From: Bacteroidota bacterium
Lineage (GTDB): Bacteria; Bacteroidota; Bacteroidia; Bacteroidales; B18-G4
Reading direction: 5' to 3'
Length of the DNA: 38,690 nucleotides
Assembly (NCBI GenBank): GCA_039714935.1
Contig: JBDLIJ010000003.1
Location: forward strand, 1-38,690
The position numbers and the translations under genes are program-made. Below are positions 34,505-38,690 of the stretch, in pieces; position 1 is the first letter of the stretch, and each line of letters starts with the position of its first letter. Under the pieces are notes generated by a model. The model searched no databases. It saw only the letters and a program-made list of their open reading frames with translations, and was not told the origin of the DNA.

Positions 34505-37500
34505 TTATTTCCGGAAAATGAAAAATTTGATCTTTCCCAGATAAAGCACATAATACATAGAGGGAACAATAACAAGTGTGAGAAATGTTGCAAAAGTCAG
34601 TCCGTAGATGATGGTCCAGGAGATGGGGCCCCAGAATGCTACATTATCACCGCCGAAATAAATCTGTGCGTCGAATGTTGCAAGGAAAGAGGCAAAATCA
34701 ATGTTGATCCCCATCGCCAGGGGTAATAATCCCAGGATGGTAGTAATGGCAGTTAGCAGCACCGGGCGCAACCTTGTTTTTCCGGCTTGTACAATGCAGC
34801 TGGCAGCATCTTCCAGCGAAAGTGCCGCATCCAGGTTCAGCCCCAGTTCTTTTTTTCGCCGGTTTTTCAGTAGGTCGATATAATCGATCAGCACAATGGC
34901 ATTGTTTACCACTACTCCTGCCAGAGAAACAATCCCGATCCCTGTCATGATCACCACAAAATCCATCCCGCTGATCAGCAGTCCGCCAAATACCCCAATG
35001 GTGCTGAAAAGCACGCTAAACATGATGATGGCAGGTTTTACAATTGAGTTGAACTGTGATACAAGAATGATTGTGATCAGTGATATGGCAATCAGGAGAG
35101 CGTTGATAAGAAAAGCCATTGACTCCTCCTGCTCCTCTTGCTCACCGGTGAACTTATACGTATATCCGGCTGGCATGTCGAAGAAGTTCATGAACGACTT
35201 TAACTGATCGTTTACCTTGGTGGCATTATATCCTTCAATTACATTGGAATAAATAGTAACAACACGCTCCATATCCTTTCTTTTTACGGATCCATAGGTA
35301 GTGCTGTAGGAGACCTCTGCAACAGAAGAGATAGGAACCTGTACGATTTTACCCGTCGACTGGCTTCTGAAGGTGATCATCTGGTTCATCAAGGCGGGGA
35401 TATTGTAGCGGTATTCTTCTTTGAGCCTTAGTTGTATTGGGTATTCGTCTTCACCTACCTTATAGGATGAAATCTCTTTACCGAAGAGTGCTGTACGGAT
35501 TGTGCCTGCAATCTGTGCCGTAGAAAGACCAAAACGCCTTGCTTTATCGCGGTCGATATGAACAATGATCTCAGGCTTTCCAAGGTCAAGGTCAATCTTA
35601 AGCCCTTCAATGCCTTCAATTTTGGAACTGTTCAGGTAGGCCAGGGTGCTGTCAGCTAAAAGCAGTAAGTGGTCGAAGTCTTTTCCAATTATTTCCAGGT
35701 TAATTGGCTTTCCTGAGGGTGGTCCTTCAGCCTGCTTTTCAATGGTAAGCTCCACACCGGCGTATTTGCCAAGTAGTTTATCGCTCAAATCTATCAGAAT
35801 GTCACCGGTATTCACCTCACCTCTTTCTTCAAAGTCGATAAAAGTGATAGTGATCAACCCGCGGAACATCTTTTCAGACAGATCGCCTATATCATTCTCC
35901 AGGCGTGCCCCGGCGCCTACGGTCGTCAAAACGGATTTTACAACCTGATCCCATGGCTTCAGGCTGGCCAGTACATCTTTTTCCAGGGTGTACATAAAAT
36001 CGTTGGTGGCTGTAATATCAGTGCCGATAGGCAGATCGGCAAGGATATTGATATATTTTGGATCACTGGAAGGGAAATTAACGATATTGGGATTACTCGA
36101 GAAGTATAAGTTCATAGTGAGGATGAGCAGAACAAAAGTAGCGCCGATGAAATAAAAAGGATTCCTTTTTCTGAGTGCAAAGCTGATAAACCTCAGATAA
36201 CTGTTTTCCATTCTGACCAGTAAGATTTCCTGGAACCATCGGGCTGCACGGTTCAATGCTATTAAATTCAACAGACCGATTACAGCAAAGGCTGCACAAA
36301 GCGTGCCTGCAGAATTTACACCTCCAAGATAAAATAGTACCGACATCACGATCAACACACCTGCAATTAGCAATGATCTTCTGGGTTTTGGCCTGGGGTT
36401 TTGATCCCCTGTCTGGATGAATGTTGATGATATTACCGGGATGATCACCAGGGCAACAAACAGTGAAGAGGTCAGCACAATGATAAGTGTCATAGGAAGG
36501 TACTGCATGAATTCACCCATTATGCTATCCCAGAAAAGGAGAGGGAAAAAGGCTGCCAGGGTTGTTGCTGTGGAGGTGATGATGGGCACGGCGATCTCAC
36601 CTACGGCATGTTTTGCTGCATCAAGCCTTGCATAGCCCCGGTCCACAAATCGATAGATGTTTTCTACAACGACGATGGCATTGTCGACCAGCATTCCCAG
36701 GGCCAGGATGAGTGAAAACAAAACGATCATATTGATCCTTGAATCCATGAGTCCAAGGATCATGAATGACAGGAACATTGACATCGGGATGGCAAAACCT
36801 ACAAAAAGAGAGTTTCTGGCACCAAGAAAGAAGAAGAGTACCAGAATAACAAAGATCACCCCCATAACCATGCTGTTTTCCAGGTTGCTGAGTTGATCCC
36901 TTACCATCTCCGACTGATCATTTGTGTATTGGATATTAAGATTTGCAGGAAGGGTTTTTGATGCAACTGCCTTGTTGACGATATCGAATACCTTGTCAGT
37001 AGCATTTAACAGGTTCTCCCCGCTTTTTTTGATTACCTGGAGGGATACAACCGGGTGAAGGTCGAGCCGTGTAAAACTCCTGGGCTCTTCAAAGCCAAAG
37101 ATCACCTCTGCAACATCTCTTAAATAAACGATATCCTGATTTTCGCTTTTTACGATGATATCACGGATCTTTCCAGGGTCAGAAAATTCACCAATGATCC
37201 TGATCGATCTGCGGCTGCTTCCCAGTTTTATCTCACCCCCCGACATGGAAATATTTTCGAATGCGACGGCATTTTCGATATCACTGAAGCTGAGTTCAAA
37301 GATGGCCAGCTTGTGCATATCCACATTTATCTGTACTTCTCTTTCATTGATTCCGGTGATATTAACCTTGGAGATTTCGGATACCCTTTCTATCTCGTCT
37401 TCAAGAAATGCGGCATAACTCTTCAATTCGTTTATGCTGTAATCGCCGGAAAGGTTAATGTTCATGATCGGGAACTCTGAAAGATCAAGGTCAATGACCA

Positions 37501-37915
37501 CGGGATCCATCAGCAAATCGTCCGGCAGGGCACTTTTTGCCTTATCCACGGCATCTTTTACTTCCTGCAGCGCATCATCAATGGCAATGTTGGTATTAAA
37601 TTCAACGAAAATAGCTGAGATATCCTGGGTGGAGGTAGAGCGGATCTCTTTTACCCCTTTAGCTGATTCAATCTCTTTTTCCAGGGGACGTGTGATCAGG
37701 TTTTCAATGTCGAGAGGAGGGTTGCCGGGGTATGTTGTCTGAACAAATATGGTAGGCCATACCAGGTCAGGGAATAATTCCTTGGGAAGAGAACGGTATG
37801 AATAAAAGCCAAATCCGAGCAGGATTATGATCATCAGGAATACGGTATTCTTATTCCTCAGGGCCCAGGAGCTGAGCTTAAACTCCCTGATAACTTGTTT
37901 TTCCTTGATCTCCAT
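34505..37915 (-). CDS. RND efflux transporter permease (AcrB/AcrD/AcrF family)
   Basis: 1136 aa; LPKELFP, GMLVDNAIVVVENIYR, TTLAAFFPL, GVVVNNAIVLID, RLRPVLLTAITT..GLLPLA. Confidence 0.95.
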   Translation of the reverse strand: MEIKEKQVIREFKLSSWALRNKNTVFLMIIILLGFGFYSYRSLPKELFPDLVWPTIFVQTTYPGNPPLDIENLITRPLEKEIESAKGVKEIRSTSTQDISAIFVEFNTNIAIDDALQEVKDAVDKAKSALPDDLLMDPVVIDLDLSEFPIMNINLSGDYSINELKSYAAFLEDEIERVSEISKVNITGINEREVQINVDMHKLAIFELSFSDIENAVAFENISMSGGEIKLGSSRRSIRIIGEFSDPGKIRDIIVKSENQDIVYLRDVAEVIFGFEEPRSFTRLDLHPVVSLQVIKKSGENLLNATDKVFDIVNKAVASKTLPANLNIQYTNDQSEMVRDQLSNLENSMVMGVIFVILVLFFFLGARNSLFVGFAIPMSMFLSFMILGLMDSRINMIVLFSLILALGMLVDNAIVVVENIYRFVDRGYARLDAAKHAVGEIAVPIITSTATTLAAFFPLLFWDSIMGEFMQYLPMTLIIVLTSSLFVALVIIPVISSTFIQTGDQNPRPKPRRSLLIAGVLIVMSVLFYLGGVNSAGTLCAAFAVIGLLNLIALNRAARWFQEILLVRMENSYLRFISFALRKRNPFYFIGATFVLLILTMNLYFSSNPNIVNFPSSDPKYINILADLPIGTDITATNDFMYTLEKDVLASLKPWDQVVKSVLTTVGAGARLENDIGDLSEKMFRGLITITFIDFEERGEVNTGDILIDLSDKLLGKYAGVELTIEKQAEGPPSGKPINLEIIGKDFDHLLLLADSTLAYLNSSKIEGIEGLKIDLDLGKPEIIVHIDRDKARRFGLSTAQIAGTIRTALFGKEISSYKVGEDEYPIQLRLKEEYRYNIPALMNQMITFRSQSTGKIVQVPISSVAEVSYSTTYGSVKRKDMERVVTIYSNVIEGYNATKVNDQLKSFMNFFDMPAGYTYKFTGEQEEQEESMAFLINALLIAISLITIILVSQFNSIVKPAIIMFSVLFSTIGVFGGLLISGMDFVVIMTGIGIVSLAGVVVNNAIVLIDYIDLLKNRRKKELGLNLDAALSLEDAASCIVQAGKTRLRPVLLTAITTILGLLPLAMGINIDFASFLATFDAQIYFGGDNVAFWGPISWTIIYGLTFATFLTLVIVPSMYYVLYLGKIKFFIFRK

Positions 37916-38690
37916 TTATATAATTTTTACTTCTGTTCCATCAGTAACCAGTGAGTATCCTTCAATAATTACCTTTTGTCCTGCCTCCAATCCGGAGGTA
38001 ACCATCGTTTCGTCATTATACGACATGCCTGTAGTGATATATATCTTTTTTGCCAGCGTTTTGGCCTCATTGTTTCTGGCAACATAAACGTATTCACCTT
38101 TAATATCCTTTTTAATAATAATTGAGGGTATCACCAGCGCACTTTGTTCACTGTAATCAAGAAACCTGACCAGCACCAGGGTGTTTGGTTTTAGCATATC
38201 ATTCATGTTATCTAACTTCAGCTCAACGGGGAAGGTACGGTTGCCCATCTTTACCACATTCCCCGTACGATGGACCACTACATCCATTTGAAGATCAGGA
38301 AATGTGGGGAAACTAAGATTCACAAGGTCTCCTTTTTTTATCATCGGAAGATATTTTTCCGACACATCGGCGTGAATATTTAATCTGCTAAGGTTATACA
38401 ACTGCATGATCTGAAACCCGGGGATGGCCAGTTCACCGACCTCAATAAAAATGCCATCTACAACCCCACTTATAGGAGACTTGATGTACGCCATTTCAAG
38501 TTGTGATTGTAAAGTCTTTAATTTATTTTCCAGAGACTCTTTATTGTTTTCGGCTTGCAGATATTGTATTTCCGACCCGATATTTTTTTCCCAAAGTTGT
38601 TTTTGTTTTTCGTACAGTGTTGTAGCCAGCTCAAGCTGGGTTTTAATTTCCTGGATAGTATTTTCTGTAATGCTGGTATTCAGTTTTGCA
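37916..38690 (-). CDS. RND efflux periplasmic adaptor (MFP) subunit, 5' end outside the window
   Basis: The frame is open from the right edge (LYEKQKQLWEKNIGSEIQYLQAE...) through IKSPISGVVD, ADVSE, RTF.VE and SGLEAGQKVI. Confidence 0.92.
   Translation of the reverse strand, partial: AKLNTSITENTIQEIKTQLELATTLYEKQKQLWEKNIGSEIQYLQAENNKESLENKLKTLQSQLEMAYIKSPISGVVDGIFIEVGELAIPGFQIMQLYNLSRLNIHADVSEKYLPMIKKGDLVNLSFPTFPDLQMDVVVHRTGNVVKMGNRTFPVELKLDNMNDMLKPNTLVLVRFLDYSEQSALVIPSIIIKKDIKGEYVYVARNNEAKTLAKKIYITTGMSYNDETMVTSGLEAGQKVIIEGYSLVTDGTEVKII

Noticed and set aside
1-38690. Mobile elements, prophage, defence systems, tRNA or rRNA
   Set aside because: No transposase, integrase, phage, cas or RNA-gene signatures were recognised.

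Overview
This is a chromosomal window from a Bacteroidota genome (probably Bacteroidales), judged from TAnnTTTG promoters, many T9SS C-terminal sorting domains and Bacteroidota-type ECF sigma factors. Left part (1-16.4 kb, minus strand): a run of large T9SS-secreted proteins, namely an M14 carboxypeptidase, three gingipain-like C25 peptidases (one cut by the window edge), an Omp28/PKD protein and an Asp-box propeller/GEVED protein. Middle part: ptb-buk, an M64 peptidase, tryptophanase followed in frame by an MFS-transporter remnant, an MntP-like protein, a T9SS endonuclease I with a heptamer repeat inside its secretion signal, and queD. Right part (24.4-34.2 kb): two tandem cassettes, each with an ECF sigma factor, a coupled anti-sigma-like protein (short N-terminus, one TM helix, low-complexity linker, outer-membrane beta-barrel) and one or two paralogous T9SS-secreted PKD proteins. 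An RND efflux pair follows. A shared ECF-type promoter motif (CAAC-N16-18-GTCT) precedes both sigma genes, one PKD gene and a T9SS gene about 26-30 kb away. The best candidate system is therefore a trans-envelope sigma/anti-sigma module coupled to T9SS cargo. All family assignments come from motif reading; no database search was run.
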